Shown one piece after another: positions 1 to 13,137 of a stretch of 64,000 bases of DNA. Numbering within the stretch: position 1 is the stretch's first letter; every line of letters starts with the position of its first letter. The notes under the pieces are model-generated. The model saw only the letters and a program-made list of their open reading frames with translations. It searched no databases and had not been told where the DNA came from. This DNA comes from Octopus sinensis (lineage: Eukaryota). The stretch spans positions 31,682,001 to 31,746,000 of the forward strand of contig NC_043008.1 in NCBI RefSeq assembly GCF_006345805.1, given 5' to 3'. The position numbers and the translations under genes are program-made.

Positions 1-383
1 CTTCCAGTTATCTCCTATGATATGCAAGGATACAGTGTTTCTATTCTGAAACCAGAACACACAAGGTATACTGTCAAAAATCACTGTATTGACCAGACTA
101 TTGGATGTCGCTACACACTGTTGGTTACAATGCATTGCCTTGCATTGCTGCAGCTTTTGAGTGATGCCTCTCTGCTGGCTGGGTAGGAAGGCCAATATCC
201 CTATAGAACAGAATGCCAGTCCATCACAAGGTTTTTCCTATGATGATGATGATGGTGATGGTGATGGTGATGGTGGTGGTGGTGGTGGTGGCGACGACAA
301 CGACGATGATGATGAAAAAAACACACACAAATTGAAAAAGGGAAGTGTATTTCTACTCCTAACAAATTACAATATTTACTTAC

Positions 384-496
384 TGGAAATTGCAGTACTG
401 GCAGTAGGTGGTGGTTGACTCCCACTGCGAGTTGGTGGTCGCTCCAAGGTCTCATTAATAGGTTCAATTACAGTATAATTTGGAACTCTGTCATTA
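384..496 (-). CDS. ARMC9: ARMC9 coding exon 21 (Pro/Ser/Thr-rich tail): NDRVPNYTVIEPINETLERPPTRSGSQPPPTASTAIS
   Basis: ttccag acceptor, gtaagt donor, 113 nt, phase 2-1, open and in frame with exon 20; low sequence conservation. Confidence 0.75.
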
Positions 497-1310
497 CTGG
501 AAATCACAGCATAAAATATTTTACAAGAAAATTTAAATAACACGCATATAGTAGACTTTATGAATTAACTGATTCTACAAAAATATTTCTAGCCTTGCTT
601 TAACGAGGTTAACAACAGAATGGTTTATATCAAATCAAAATACATTAGATACAAGAGAATGTTACTTATTTTGTACTAAAGATGAGCCTCATCGTCGTCA
701 TTGTTTTACATCTACTTTTCATGCTAGCATGAGTTTGATGGGTTGATACTGTTCTTCAAGATAGATCAGAGAATTACATCTTGCTTTAAGTTTCAGTTTG
801 GGCTTGATTTCTATGGCTGGATGCCCTACCTAACACCAACCACTTTAATGAATGCCTTCTTTGTTGAACCAGTACTAGAGAGGTGATCATACCTTTAACA
901 AAACCAAAGGGTTCATTTAACTCCTTACTTAACAGAGTCTACTAGGTAAACTTTATCATAGTACCAGCACTAGAAAGGAGCAAGGAGAGAGAGAGAGAGG
1001 ATGGTAAGAGGTGGATAAAGGGTGAGGAGGGTAAAGACTGATGTCCATATCAAATGGCCGGAGGAGAGTATTAGTAAAGTTACAAACACACATAACCAAA
1101 ATACAGATCTACTGTTCGGTCCTCTCTCTTTCTATTTCTCTCCTTCACCTTCTTTCTTTCTCTCTTCCTTTTTCGACAATCCTCACTATCTTTCATCCTC
1201 CCGCCTATTTCCTCTTCCTTTCTATTTTTTTCTTCCTATCATACTATCATTCTTTCTCTTGTTCCTCTAAAATTATTGAAAATAATTGATTCAACCCTTT
1301 AGAATTTAAA

Positions 1311-1722
1311 CTCTTTTACTCTTTTACTTGTTTCAGTCATTTGACTGTGGCCATGCTGGAGCACTGCCTTTAGTTGAGCAAATCAACCCCAGGACTTATT
1401 CTTTGTAAGCCTAGTACTTATTCTATCAGTCTCTTTTGCCGAACCACTAAGTTACGGGGATGTAAACACACCAGCATCGGTTGTCAAGCAATGTTGGGGG
1501 GACAAACACAGAAGCACAAACATATACACACACACATATATATATATATACTTATATACGATGGGCTTCTTTCAGTTTCCGTCTACCAAATCCACTCACA
1601 AGGCTTTGGTCGGCCCGAGGCTATATTAGAAGACACTTGCCCAAGGTGCCATGCAGTGGGACTGAACCCGGAACCATGTGGTTGGTAAGCAAGCTACTTA
1701 CCACAGAGCCACTCCTGCACCT
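1311..1722 (-). mobile_element. Young tRNA-derived CORE-like SINE (family 1) with central TA/CA microsatellite
   Basis: Head ggtgcaggagtggctctgtggtaag (A box), ggttccgggttcagtccc (B box), ggcaccttgggcaagtgtc core, (GAGTAAAA)n tail. Confidence 0.85.
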
Positions 1723-1933
1723 AAATATTCTAACTATTTTATGTTCAAACCAGCCAGGTCTGGCTTTTCACACCTACCCTACAATGTAATTCCAAAAATA
1801 AGCAATCACATCATTGAAATTTCAAAACTACAAGCTAAATGCATGACTAATTCAAAACAATGTAAATAAATAATTTAGCATTTTATCACTTTAACATTTA
1901 CAGGCAAGTGCTTTCAGCTCTTCCAATACTTAC

Positions 1934-2031
1934 TTTGTTTTAGTTGGTGATACATCAGTATTCTTCATTTGGCTTGGTGTCACTGGACGTTGCAGAGGTT
2001 GCTGTCGGCCCATGATGTGGTCTTGGGGCTG
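1934..2031 (-). CDS. ARMC9: ARMC9 coding exon 20: QPQDHIMGRQQPLQRPVTPSQMKNTDVSPTKT
   Basis: TAGCAG tandem acceptor, gtaagt donor, 98 nt, phase 0-2; PLQRPVTP motif. Confidence 0.88.
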
Positions 2032-3364
2032 CTAAAAAACAAACAATACAATGTCATACTGAACAGACTTACAACAACAACAACAAACAATATTGGATTG
2101 ATTTACAACAAACAAACAAACAAACAAACACTAAATTGTTTATTTTTAGCTACAACTAACAACTACCACCAACTCCTATTATGGGTCAAATCATGTACTG
2201 TATCAATGGGTGAGCTTCTACATGGTCACTTGACCTGCTAAAAATAGCAGCTAACTAATACTTATTTCATCAATTCTTGACAGATGAAAGGCAAAGTCAA
2301 CTTTATTAGGATTTGAACTCTTAATATAAAGAGATGTGACAGGGTATTCTAAACTTTCTACAATCAATTCTGACATTTATTGTTTTTTGTTGCTCTCAAG
2401 GAGGTACAAGGCTTCAGATCACACATTAACATTTTAAAAAAGAAAGACTGGGAGCATTAGATAGTCTTTCATAGTTGTCTTAGATATGCTATTTTTGAAA
2501 AGAATAAGATAGTCATGACTAAACAGTTAAACCATACAACCATGTTGGTGCTTATCAATCCTAAATCTTGTCTCTGATCATACATGTGCTTGATATGGTT
2601 GACCTAGGGTTGAACAACAAAATCCTTCCTATTAATTGATCACAGACTCAAGAAAATTACAAAGATGTATAGGGTCACAAATTTGAAGTGAAGTGAATTA
2701 TAATTAAATCCAGTAATTAAATAGCATTGACTCCAGAAGAATAAAAGAAAAAACGTTGACCTCAATAGGATTGAACTCAGAATTTAATCAACCACTCTGC
2801 TGATGCTAAAAATTCACTGCCCTTTAAAATAAAATAACCCTTTCTACCATAAGCACAAAGCCTGAAATTTGTGAATGGTGGGGACCAACTAAACGGCATC
2901 GACCCAAGCACTCATGTGGTACTTGCTTCATTGAACCCAAAATCATGAAAGATAAAGTCATCCTAAACAAAAAATTACAAATTTTCCCTAGCCCCCAGCC
3001 ATTATATGACAGCTTTTGAGAAAAAAGGTAAGCACAATTATCACCATAACAACCACTACAACCTCCACTTCACATCATCATCAGCATCATTATCACCAGA
3101 ATCCTCACCTATGTCATCATCAATATTAAAATGGTAAGCAGAATCATTAGCATGCCAGGAAAAATGCATTTCGTCTGTCCTTATGTTGCAAGTTCAAATT
3201 CTGACAAGGTTGATTTGTCTTTCATCCTTTCAGAGTCAATAAATTAAGTACCAGTTGAACACTAGGGTCAGTGTAACTGACTTACCCCCACCCCACTGGA
3301 ATTGCTGGCCTTGTACTAAAATTTGAAACCAATATTGAAATGGCTCTCATTCTTGAAGACTTAC

Positions 3365-3478
3365 CTTTTTCCTCAAAAGATATTCAGTTGAAAGCAATTC
3401 TTCTCCTGCAAGTCGTTCAGAATTCCCTGGTTTCACTTCATCATCTTTATCAAGATCTGGTTCCATCTCGAGATCTTC
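3365..3478 (-). CDS. ARMC9: ARMC9 coding exon 19: EDLEMEPDLDKDDEVKPGNSERLAGEELLSTEYLLRKK
   Basis: ttttag acceptor, gtaagt donor, 114 nt; ME.DLDKD and GE.LL.TEYL motifs. Confidence 0.95.
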
Positions 3479-3774
3479 CTAAAAACAAAAATGAAAGAGC
3501 AAGTGTCAGCTATTGTAATTTTATTTTAAATATATTTATATACATGTATGCATGTGTGTGTGTGTTTTAGTATCTCCTTGCCTTGACATAGCTGTAAACA
3601 AGTGTCACCACCATACAAGAAGTGGCCATCATTTTCAATCTCCCATATAAACATTCCTGGCCACAGGAAAATATTACCCTGCTTAGAAACTGGTGAGAGT
3701 TAGTAACAAGAAGGCTACTGGCCACAGAAAATTCTGTACAACTTAAGTATAGAATGGCTGTTAAATGATCACAA

Positions 3775-4330
3775 ATACACCATCATTTAACGTCTGTCTT
3801 CTATGCTGATCTGGGTTAGACAGTTTGACAGGAGCTAGCCAGCTGGAGAGCTGTCCAGGCTCCAGTTGTGCATTCTGGCAGCATGGTTTCTACAGCTGGA
3901 TGCCCTTCCTAAAGCCAACCCTTCACAAAGTGTGCAGGGTGTATTTTTTCATGGCACCAGTATGAGTGTTGTTCATATGGCACAGGCATGAGTGTCTTTT
4001 GCATGGTGCCACCATGAGTGTTTTTTACATGAAACCAGCAGAGGCCATAAAGGATGACCACAGTTTTACTTAGCCTGACGGGTCTTCTCTAGCACAGTAA
4101 ATAGCCAGAAGTCTCAATCCCTTGTCATGTCCTAAGTGAGGCCCAATGTCTGAAGATCCTTTCCTACCACCTCATCCCACATCTTCCTGAGTCTACCCCT
4201 TTCACAGATTCTCACCACAGTTAGAGATCAGCATTTCTTTATGCAGCTGTCATCATCCATATGCATCACATGACCATACCAGCAGTCTTCTCTCTTGCAT
4301 GCAATATCTGATACCTCTTATATCCAAATT
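3775..4330 (-). mobile_element. RTE LINE 3' end and tail
   Basis: Reverse strand reads WYGHVMHMDDDSCIKKC...RKMWDEVVGKDLQTL, the same RTE terminus as 47.1-47.3 kb. Confidence 0.75.
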
Positions 4331-4750
4331 TTCTCTTAAATTATTTACACTCCATCATACATTTGTCACAGGTTCAGTCCCACTGCACAGCACCTTGCCT
4401 TCTACTATGTCCCCAGACCAATCAAATCCTTGGGAGTGGATTTTATAGACAGAAACTGAAAGAATCCTATCATACAAGTGTATGTGTGTGTGCATACGTG
4501 CATGCACACATGCATGTACGTGTGTCTGTTTGTGTATGTATTTGTCCCTCACCAATGTTTGACAACTGGTATTGGTGTACTTATGTCCCTGTAACTTAGC
4601 ATTTTGGCAAAAGGGACCCATAAAATAACAGGCTTTGCAAAATAATAAGTACTGCGGTCAATTCATTCAACTAAAATTCTTCGGCAGTTGCCCCAGCATG
4701 GCCACAGTCTAATGAGTGAAACAAAAGATAAAATACTAAAAAATAACAAC

Positions 4751-4809
4751 CTCATCCTCTTCATCATCTTCCTCTTCATCCTCAGATTCTCTGTCATTAA
4801 ATGTTTGAT
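4751..4809 (-). CDS. ARMC9: ARMC9 coding exon 18 (acidic tract): DQTFNDRESEDEEEDDEEDE
   Basis: Poly-T + ag acceptor, weak donor GAG|gttgtt, 59 nt, phase 1-0. Confidence 0.88.
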
Positions 4810-5189
4810 CTAAAAAAAAAAAAAAAATTAAGATTTTCAGATACCATGGCTAATCAAATAACTAATTCAAATTGTATATGTGTTACATTTAAACCACCAA
4901 GAGAAGTCATTGGCAGAATTGGTATCTCATAGAACAAAATACCTTGTAGTTTTAATCTTCATCCTTATCATCACCCACTGAGGGCATCTGAGCAACATTA
5001 CAGGCCCCTGGGCAAATCAATGCACTGAGCCCTATTTTATTTATCTATTGTCACCAAGCCACAGCATACACAGATCAGAAATGGGCTCCTAGACTTGTGA
5101 TGCCCCTGGACCACTGCCCAGTAGGCTCATGCCTTAAGACAGTATTGCGTCCAACAGATCCACCCACAAATCACTATCATTAGCTACAA

Positions 5190-6530
5190 CCATCATCATT
5201 ATAATCATCTTTGTCCTCTTCCTACTATCACTATAACCAGCATCCACCTCATGTTACTACCACAATCATTACCACCTCCCGAACCATTATCATCATCATT
5301 ATCACAACTACTACCAACAACACTACTAACATCATCATTTCATGTTCTGGGTTCAAATCCACCAAGATCAACTTTACTTTCCATCCTTCAAGGGGGTGGG
5401 GGGAGATGTTGCTCATTTCCAGTCTTCCATGGAAAACAGGTCTCATCACGAAGAAATATTACCTTGTTTGGAAACATGTAAGAGTTGGTGACAAGAAAGG
5501 AATTCAACCACAGAAAATCTGCAGCAGTAAATTCCATCTGACCCATGCAAGCATGGAAGAGTGGACGTTAAATGATGACAATGAAGAGGAGGCTACTAGC
5601 AGACATATCTAGTATTAGTTCCAACAACACCAAGTAGTTATAGAGTACCTTGAGAGTTCATCATCATCATTGTTTAATGTCTGCTTTTCCACAGGTTGAA
5701 TGGTTTGAAGGAGCTGGTTAACTGTAGGTCTTTCCAGACTCCAATTGTCTGTTTTGGCATGGTTTCTATGGCTAGATTCCCTTCCTAATGCCAACCACTT
5801 TACAGAGTGTACTGGGCACTTTTTACAGGCAATCGGTTCAGTTAAATAAATACAAGCCCAGCCCATTTTCTCAACTAAAACCCTTAGCCCCCACCGAATT
5901 TGCAACCTGCCTAGATTACCATTACAGAACATCTTCCCAATGGAGGAATAAAACTGGAAAAAAACAAAAAAAAACAGCATCAAACTCAAAGGAATTTACA
6001 TCATTAATGAGTGGAGACAATCTAAGGGCACAAAGGGGCCAATAGACAACTATAACAATGATGATGACAACTACCACCACTAACACTGCTACTGTCTTTA
6101 AGACCATCATCTCTCACTATCACCACCGATACAACTACAACTATCTAATACCACTACCATCATGGTCCACAACATCCTTGTTAACACTTTCACCATCAAC
6201 ACTATTACAAAAGCCAAGAATGTTACTACTAATACTACCACCACTGCCACCATTACAGCCCCACTATTATTATCACCCTTAACACCACCACTAATACCAC
6301 TAATAATAACCACTACTAACAACCTCCACTATTACTACTATTATCACCCTTATGACCACCACTTAACACCACTAGTAGCCCTCTTACCTCTATCATCAAC
6401 ATCAAATATAATACAATCTACTGCTGCTATCACCCTCAACACCACCACTACAACCATAATGATACCACTACCAATCACTGCAACTACTATTATATCCACC
6501 ACTACTATTACCACCACCAGTAGCCCTCAA
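5190..6530. repeat. Cryptic trinucleotide (ACC/ACT/ATC) low-complexity tracts interrupted by a SINE/RTE tail
   Basis: Source of the spurious Thr/His/Ile-rich ORFs. Confidence 0.75.
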
Positions 6531-7061
6531 GTCAGAAATTGAGGAACAGTTTATCTACAGTTTTATTAATAACAGTTAACATACAATTATGCAGCACACA
6601 TTTTCCAGCACATAGGGCAAATTTTTCAGACCAATATTTACAGCCAAAATAGGTTGGTCCACTTACACTCCAAGACAACTTTAGCCCTTTAGCAGTCAGA
6701 TTACTCACTGAAAAAGCAATGCTTACCTATTCACATTGTTTTGAATTCATCTCACATTACCTTATAGCTTTGAGATTTCAATAATGTGATTATTTTTAAA
6801 ATGACATTGTAGAGTAGAGAAAGTGTGAGAGGTTAGATCTAGCTGGCTTGAATATTAAATAAGTAGGGTATTTGGGTTGGATATGGCCAGTTTAAATGCT
6901 AAAGGTTTAAAGGACTCAAAATTCCACGTGAAATGCATCATGATTTGGAAAGATGTTTGAATGTTTGCACTATTTACTATGCCAACTTGTATGCTGGAAA
7001 ATATGGTCTCTGTAAGTACAACAACTGCTCCAACAACAAATATAATAAAAATGTCTCTCAC

Positions 7062-7146
7062 CTGAATTTAACTGTTTAATAATATATTCCAACTCCCTAG
7101 CTGAATGTCCTTCTTTGATGAAACCTTCAACAATTTCTTCAATTCC
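7062..7146 (-). CDS. ARMC9: ARMC9 coding exon 17: GIEEIVEGFIKEGHSARELEYIIKQLNS
   Basis: gtttag acceptor, gtgaga donor, 85 nt, phase 0-1; FIKEG and IIKQLNS motifs. Confidence 0.95.
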
Positions 7147-7996
7147 CTAAACAAACAGGAATAATATTAACATAGTAATCTTTTCAAGGCCTGAAATTTT
7201 GAGTGAAGTGGGGCTAGCCAATTACTTCTACCCCAGTGCTCAACTGGTACTCGTTTTATTGATTCCCCAAAGAATGAAAGGCAAAGTCAACCTCAGTGGC
7301 ATTTGAACTCAGAACAAAAAGCCAGAAGAAATACCAGTAAGCATTTTGTCCGGAACCATGTGGTTGGTAAGCAAGCTACTTACCACACAGCCACTCCTGT
7401 GCCTACTGTTTTAAAAATAAGTATAATATAGTCATAGGTAGAATATGCTTGAAAACAAAACAAGATGGTCATGGTTGGAACCTTTTCCCCATAAGTCTGC
7501 TGAATCAGAGCTGAACAAAAAACAACAAAAGTAGTATTACCTTGAACTTGATATTAGTATACATCAAACAACATTGAGAAAAGCATGTGCGTCAAGTAAT
7601 AAACTATGAGGTTGCTCCATTGACAGGTTTCATGCATGACGATTTTTCCATGGTCTGGAGAATCATATGCATTACAAAACATCGTCATCATCATCACTAT
7701 CATTTAACAGCTGCTTTTCACACTGGCACCAGCTGGATAATTTCAATGAAGCTGGCAAGTCAGAAGAGAGCACCTAGCTCTGATGTCTGTTTTGGCAGGT
7801 TTCTATGGTTGGACACCCTTTCTAATGCCAACCAATTTACAGTGTGGACAGGGTACTTTTTACAAAGCACCAGCAGCAGTGTGGTCAACAAATGATTTGC
7901 AAGACAAGGCCCCTCAACTGAGGAGCGTAGTACTGTTGAGGAAGGTGGCTTTGTGCCAGATGAGAGGGTATGATGTATAATTTAATTACCTATATA

Positions 7997-8789
7997 TCTC
8001 TATATATATAAAACTGAGAATGTCTGTCTGTCTATGTGTTTCCCTAAAACTTGAGAACTACACAACCAATTTCATTCAAATTTTACACATGCCTTACTAA
8101 AGCTCCGGGGAGTGTCATCGGAAAAAATAATCTTAACTTTTTCCCTAGGGCGACCCCATAGCAATATCATATCTTCTCCACTATTTCAGTATTACGTGTT
8201 AAAAGTGAAACAAAAACGTCTCTCTATTGTAATGCAGACACTTTCATTTTAATACTGAAACTATTAAAGTGAAAGTACTATATAACAGGGATGAACCATT
8301 AACAAGTGGTCATCCATTTTGCTAGAAGATCCGCTATGGTCTTATATGCTACACCACTGGTTTTCAATTCATATTAATTAAATTAATATTCAATTTTTCA
8401 CCCTTATTATGTGTGTGTGTGTGTGTTGAACTTCACAGAGCAACCACAATTCAATTTCTCTGGTTGACTTTAAGATCTCCACTCCCTAATAGGAGCCTTA
8501 ACTCCCACATTTTAGAGCTCCATTTTACAGGAGCAAAAACCTTTGAATAGGTTTTGCAAGATTTGGATTTTGGAATCTGGGCATAAAGGTGAGTAGTATG
8601 GGATAAATATGTCATGATTAGAATTTTTGTTAGGGTGTGTAAAGATAGAAAGAACCCTCATTAAAACTCTTAATCTCCAATTTTGATGAAATTCAAATCA
8701 CAGGTATTCCACTTCATTAGAGAAAATATAAAAGAAACGTCTAATTCTTCAATTCCATTTGACATGGGCAAAGCGGGTATCTCTGCTAG
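7997..8789 (+). mobile_element. Non-autonomous Helitron-like element
   Basis: 5' TC(TA)nAAA start, 3' gggcaaagcgggtatctctgCTAG, inserted between A and T, no TSD. Confidence 0.7.
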
Positions 8790-9831
8790 TTACATATCAA
8801 ATACAAATGTAATTATTACATTGTATATTATGCACTTTATTTCTACTATTATTACATTGTAATATATATAATACAACAAGAGAGGCTAACTGGCAGAATT
8901 GTTAGCTTGCCAGGCAAAATGCTTAGTGGCATTTTGTCTGCCTTAAAGTTATGAGTTCAAATTCCACCAAGGTCAACTTTGCTTTACATCCTTTCAGGGT
9001 CAATAAAATAAGGACCAGTTGAGCACTGGTCAACTTAACCCTACCCCAAACCTGCTGGCCTTGTGCCAAAATTTGAAACCAATGTATATAACGCAATTCA
9101 AAATTTAAATATCTATTGTTTCTACATAGTCCAGTACTGGTCAGTGGCTCATTACTTGTCTGTGGTCCAGGGGCTGGAGACCCTTGGATTAGATGAAAGC
9201 ATGTTGGAGCAGAATTTCCTACAACTTAATGTCCGACCTGAAGCCAACCACCACCACCTAATTCCAAGCACAGTTATAATCTTTCATTCGACCAATTGGT
9301 CTAATGATGGTTACACAGTGAACTGGAAACAAATTAATCACATCATCTGCATGAACTGCGAGGCCATCATTTATAATCAGCAAACACATGTGAAGATGAG
9401 GAGAAAATACACACACACACACACGTGTGTGTGTATACAGACGCTGGCATGGCTGTGTGCTAAGAAGCTTGCTTCCCAACCACATGGTTCCAGGTTCAGT
9501 CTCACTGCATGGCGCCTTGAGCAAGTGTCTTCAACTACAGCCTTGGGTGAACCAAAGCCTTGTGAGTGGATGAAAACTGAAAGAAGCCTGTTGTGTGTGT
9601 GTGTGTGTTTGTTCCTGTGTTTGTTCCCAATATCATTTGACAATCATTGTTGGTGCGTTTACTTCCCAGTAACCTAACGGTTCAGCAAAAGACACTGATG
9701 GAGTAAGTACCAGGATTTAAAAAAAATAAGTACTCAGGTCTATACATTTGGCTAAACTTCCTCAAGGTGATGCCCAAGCATGGCCACAACCTGACTGAAA
9801 CAAGTAAAAGCTAACATATAGGCATGCATAT

Positions 9832-9881
<50 letters not shown>

Positions 9882-10341
9882 CAGGCTACTTTCAGTTTCC
9901 ATCTCTCAAATCCAACCACAAGACACCTGATGATGATGGTGATGATAATTAGAGATCAGCCAAACCTGGTTTTGGTGTATTTTAAAAAAATACCATAATC
10001 AAGATTATAATCTTATTAACAACTCTACTATAGCCCTGGGCTATCCAAAGCCTTTTAAGTGGTTTTGGTAGATGGAAATTGAAAGAGGCCAGTTGTGTGT
10101 GTGTGTGTATGCACGCACTTACACACATGTTTGTGTTTGTCACCCACCATCATTTGGCACATAACGTAGCAGGTAGGCAAAAAAGAGACTGATAGAATAA
10201 GTACCTGGCTGAAAAATAAGTATTGGGGTCAATTTGTTCAACTAGGCCATTCAAGGTGGTGCCCCACCATGACCGTAGTTAAATGATTGAAACAAGTAAA
10301 AGGTAAACTCATTTCAAACCTTTTATGCACACAATTCTTAC

Positions 10342-10416
10342 CATATCTTTGGCAGCTTCACGTACAGAGGGAATGGCTAAAATGCTGTACAAAACACCAT
10401 TCACATAAGGAAGAAT
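10342..10416 (-). CDS. ARMC9: ARMC9 coding exon 16: ILPYVNGVLYSILAIPSVREAAKDM
   Basis: ttctag acceptor, gtaaga donor, 75 nt. Confidence 0.96.
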
Positions 10417-12394
10417 CTAGAAACAAAATGAAAATTTATTATTCAATGAAGATATTTAATAAAACATGTTTAATAGATATGTTATTTAATAAAGCATATA
10501 TATGTTATTCAATAAAAGGTTGATTCAATTCCACATTGATTTTTCTGTAAGCATATAGATATGAAAATAAACAGATCAACATACAGATGGATAGGTACAT
10601 AGGTTTATAAGTACAGACAAGCGCACATACGCAAATGAAGACTGAAACACACGACCATATATACACACACTTTACTCCACACAAAGACACATACGGAGAC
10701 ACAAATCCACATATGTAAAGATGCACATCCATACATACAAACATGTACATAGTTGCATAACACACATGCACACACACACACAGACATGCACACACAAGGA
10801 GACTGCAGTGCATACATATACAAACGCATGCTCACACACACATACATAGAAACACGGACATGCAAGCACGTAAATATGCAGGATACATACAGATGCACAC
10901 ACATACATACATACATATATACATATGCATACACACACATATATACATACACATGCAAACATATACACATACATACATACGTACATACATGTATGTATAG
11001 GCACACACATATACTAACCCACTGACCTACACACATACGCACAAACAAACAAAAGGGAACGCAGTGTAAATAACGGACAGAGTGAAGACTATTGAAAAGG
11101 TTGCAAGACGCAACGAAAATTTTAGGAAAATAAAAATAAGAAATAAGTGGAAATTTTACCGGTGAGTGTGTTACATTATAAGGCACAAAAAGAAAATGAC
11201 TCTCCCCGGACACAACAGAATATGCTTCAACTCACGAACTCATATAAAGAATCTTGCAAACCAAATCCAAAAACATGTCTAATAGATATGTTATTTAATA
11301 AAGCATATATATGTTATTCAATAAAAGGTTGATTCAATTCCATATTACTAATGCTCCATGAGTACAGAATATGTCTATCTAGGAATTCTGAGACTAAGGA
11401 AAGGACCTCCTTAGCATAACCTAGATCTGGATCAACCTTGACAAGACACACACCTTCTCACTCCTTACTCACCTGGATTTATAATAGCCAACACTGTTTC
11501 CATGAGAAACAGCATATGCTCCAGCAGCAGTCTGAAGTTTTCATCAATAGGAAAACTGACCAACCATATTATTGCCAGTTGAGATACACTCTGCTAATAA
11601 ACTTTAAGCCATTGGCTACTGATAAACTGGTAATACCACACTATAGGCCATGCTGGACTACACCATAATCCCCAGTGCCCTAGACCAGTTACCTCTCCAT
11701 GTGGGAACTGGTGTCAAACTCTACACAACACTGATTAACAACTGATACCAGCATCCTGTTTGCTCTACCACATAGGGCATGTAAGGAAATGGAAGCCTAA
11801 ATATTCTCACCTAGAAGCCATTTTAAAACCTCTTTCATATTCTATTTTGTGACAAATATAGCACATAATTTGACCAGCAATCACAATACCAGTAGCTCTG
11901 CTATTGTGCACTCATCCAAAATATATTTTCAGTCCAAGAGTAGATGAGCATACCAGCAGACATAAAGAGCAGCAGTGTTTTGCAGGTATTATTCACAGGT
12001 ACCAAGTGACCATCTCAAGTTGGTCACTTGATACACGACCTTTCATGAATGACAAGCGCAGCTTTAAAGTTATAAGATTACTGACTGCACAGGTGAAAAT
12101 ATTTCTGAATCTTCTACCATGCAGAGCAGCAACATCCTGCAGTTTTGTGTTGTTACATTTGATTATTTGAAGGACAATTCAAATTTTCTTCTCAAACTGC
12201 AGGCTGTTATTCCAAATTACAGCCTGTCGCTTACTTTTCAGTGCAAAATGTTCCCAATGAATGATATTCAAAGACTTAATACAGAACTTATACAAGCTGA
12301 AATAAACATCTTTATAAAAGAAGTTGTTACAAACAAAAATGATTCTATAAAAATTTTAAATAAACCAATTTTTATATCAAATTTAACATGAGTT

Positions 12395-12610
12395 TTTAAC
12401 CCTATAGTTTTCAGAATATTCTGTCAAATGTAATGCTTATTGTTTTGAATTAATCATGCATTATCTTGTAGCTTCAAGATTTCAATGATGTAATGGTTTA
12501 TCTTAATAATGACATTGTAGGATAAGTGTGAAAAGCTAGATCTGGCCAATATGAACATGAAACAGAATATTTGGGCCTGATATGGCCAGCTTAAATGTCA
12601 AATGGTTAAA
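12395..12610. mobile_element. Second piggyBac-type MITE family (~230 bp); related copies at ~6680-6910, ~14722-14953, ~48325-48550 (reverse) and a partial one at ~1730-1900
   Basis: ttaaccct..tag / gatatggccag..aaatgctaaagggttaa-type ends and a shared internal sequence. Confidence 0.7.
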
Positions 12611-12691
12611 AATAGAGATAAAACCTGGAATAAAATCTTTGCAAGTTTTCTACTGTAAAAAATTTTCAAGAAGTAATAAGAAAGTAGTTAC

Positions 12692-12774
12692 CTCTTGATA
12701 ATCATTCCCAAGTCCAAGAAGGTCAGTGAGGACTTTCAGAGCAGTTGTGGGGTTGTTAGCACAGCGTTTCTTAC
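12692..12774 (-). CDS. ARMC9: ARMC9 coding exon 15: GKKRCANNPTTALKVLTDLLGLGNDYQE
   Basis: tttaag acceptor, gtaact donor, 83 nt, phase 1-0; LKVLxDLLG motif. Confidence 0.93.
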
Positions 12775-13095
12775 CTTAAATTAGAAATAAGCCACAAATG
12801 ATTCAAACCTTTTGACACCAACCTGCATGCAACCACTTCTGGTTCTAAGATACAAACTTCCAGTTTTAAAGCAATCTAAAGCAAAACCTTGACATCAGTA
12901 TTTCATGTTTGTTTATGTTACAAACACTGGCTTAATAATGACAAAGTTATTGTACTAAATTCTTCATTGTTTTGAAAATTGATTGAAACAAAAGATAGTG
13001 CATTCCAACAGAAATATTGTAATAAAAGGACCAATTCATGTGAAAAGTATTTAAATCCCTGCATCTGCAAAGATTAACAAATGCATTCACTTTAC

Positions 13096-13137
<42 letters not shown>

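Noticed and set aside
5211-6542. Thr/Ile/His-rich ORFs resembling mucin
   Set aside because: Cryptic trinucleotide repeats open on both strands, with no splice structure; intronic.
9063-9677. 204-aa plus-strand ORF
   Set aside because: Patchwork of a SINE tail, unique intron DNA and a family-1 SINE head; no domain.
10505-11213. Long Cys/Val- or His/Thr-rich ORFs (also 34674-35376, 43715-44109, 26715-27034)
   Set aside because: Translations of CA/TG/TA microsatellites, which lack stops in several frames; no coding signal.
11904-12391. Plus-strand ORFs and acceptor-like sites suggesting a nested gene (also 18708-18800, 22370-22550)
   Set aside because: No recognisable domain, stops nearby, and no consistent exon chain could be built.
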